This document shows positions 62,658-64,000 of a stretch of DNA of 64,000 bases, one piece after another (within the stretch, counting starts at the first letter, position 1; every line of letters begins with the position of its first letter). The DNA is from Dimorphilus gyrociliatus (lineage: Eukaryota > Animalia > Annelida). A program made the translations under genes and the position numbers. The notes under the pieces were generated by a model, which saw only the letters and a list, made by a program, of their open reading frames with translations, did not search any database and was not told the origin of the DNA. Where the stretch lies: assembly GCA_904063045.1 (NCBI GenBank), contig CAJFCJ010000019.1, positions 620,001 through 684,000 of the forward strand, given 5' to 3'.

Positions 62658-64000
62658 TTATTTTTTAACGACTGATGACCCATTTGTTGTAATACCTCGC
62701 GCTTTCTGAGCAAACATTAAGCTGGCCTTCGTTTCGCTGATATTCTCAATATTTGGTGCAACGTTAACAATCAAGGCCGTTTTTGAGTTACCGCCTAAAC
62801 ACTCCTTAAGAACAAATGTTAATCTAGAGTTTCTATAGGGAACATGAGAATTTTTCCCTCTTAGTGCATAAATTACATCACCAAGGCAAGTTAAAGAGTA
62901 GTTAATGGCAATGGCTTCTCTGATTCGGTCGTTCTCTTTACCCTCCGATTGGGAAGTGAGACGCTCTGAACCAGCAAGATCAACAAGATATAATACACCT
63001 TTCGATGTTAAATTTGAAAATTTGTTCTTTCCTTCAACTGTAATCGTAAGTATTTGATGCGACCTTGACGAAGCTTCGTTCATAAGAGTAGAAGCCACAG
63101 CTCGTTTACTTTTTCCTTTAGTAAATATCTAAAAAAAGATTTCCAGCTAGAATTTCTTTTTAAGTAAGTAGAACTGCAAGAAAGTTATTAACCTCATTAA
63201 TATCATCTACCGTGGTCACTTTTATGATTGTCATGTCAGGTAAATAGACGCCATCTTCCGGATCATACTTTGCGGTCAGTAACACAGTCTTGTCTGACAG
63301 TAAATCTCTTACTCTATCATTATAGATTTCAAATGCAGATACCGTTAATTGGTATGTCCAATCTGATTGTCTCTCTTTAATTTCTTTTAATAATTTACTT
63401 AGGGATCTCGTACTTAGACCAGGATCTTCCGTAGGTCCGTCCATCGTAAAAGTCTTTCCAGCTGATGTTTGTCCATAAGCCATAATACAGACATTTTGAC
63501 CATCAACGCAGGATATTATTAGCGGTTGTATTTCGTTAAAGATTTCCTCCTGGGATGAATTTGGATTAAATACTCTATCTAAATCAAACTTTGACAACGA
63601 ATCTCCCTTTTTAACCTTGTTTTTTTAAAAAAGAAACATGTTATCTTATATTGATCGTAAGGGAATTATAGATTACTATAATTTGAGTATCATCATGAGG
63701 ATTTGACTGTACACAAATTGTACCCGATTCTCTCTTTTCCTTTGCTAATTGCGGTCGAATTCTGCAATAAACTCGTATTCTGCCCTTAAGATCAATTATT
63801 TCGTTGTAATATCTCTTTCGTCGAGCTATCTCAGCCTGATAATCCTTTAAAAGTGTGTTATAGTTTCTGTTATTTCTAATCTCATTTAGTTCCTATAAAA
63901 ACCAATATATCTTGAGTAATTACATGCCGACGCATATTTTTAATAAACTTACTATTTTTAATCTATTCGCCTCCTCCTTTAATTGCATAGTTTCATTAGT
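62658..64000 (-). CDS. C-terminal motor kinesin-14 (KIFC3-like), 5' part outside the window
   Basis: Neck RRKRYYNEIIDLKGRIRVYCRIRP, FDLDRVF, AYGQTSAGKTFTM, EIYND, NEASSRSH, LVDLAGSER, HVPYRNSRLTFVLKECLGGNSKT. The motor lies at the C-terminus. Confidence 0.93.

Noticed and set aside
16600-63900. Minor (U12) spliceosome introns
   Set aside because: The RTATCCTT matches I checked fall inside exons or mid-intron, and the junctions I modelled are ordinary GT-AG. Not every intron was checked.
1-64000. Prokaryotic-type systems (CRISPR arrays, defence operons, IS elements, rRNA/tRNA genes)
   Set aside because: The sequence is intron-containing animal DNA. I saw no regularly spaced direct repeats, transposase ORFs, terminal inverted repeats or recognisable rRNA/tRNA.

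Overview
Gene-dense, AT-rich eukaryotic (animal) genomic DNA with very short GT-AG introns (typically 50-80 nt). The NKY-type neuropeptide and the compaction suggest a small-genome annelid such as Dimorphilus (inference). There are no prokaryotic features (CRISPR, IS, rRNA, tRNA). I can support about 24 protein-coding genes. In order: NEMF (partial), NKY-like neuropeptide, CCDC167, short Caskin-like SAM protein, FMRFamide-receptor-like GPCR, BANF1, ERG28, orphan ORF, PPP1R37, VRK, FANCL, GCH1, a cryptic micro-exon gene, ZNHIT6/BCD1, GABA-B receptor 1, two orphan membrane proteins, a GH27 alpha-galactosidase, POLD4, TBL2, synergin gamma, RAE1, MTIF2 and a kinesin-14 (partial). Five of these are absent from the supplied ORF track and were assembled by hand from splice sites: CCDC167, BANF1, ERG28, POLD4 and the micro-exon gene. 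Highlights: (1) a hidden ~23-exon gene at 28.9-32.8 kb built almost entirely from phase-0 micro-exons, whose coiled-coil half uses exons of 21/42/84 nt (whole heptads); (2) a tandemly duplicated, frame-incompatible 85-nt exon 5 in GCH1 (mutually exclusive exons in an enzyme core); (3) VRK and FANCL tail-to-tail with stops 32 nt apart, as for human VRK2/FANCL; (4) a plant/fungal/bacterial-type GH27 alpha-galactosidase next to an orphan type II membrane protein; (5) an apparent 1-nt frameshift in ERG28. All gene models were made by eye, and family assignments come from recalled motifs, not database searches.
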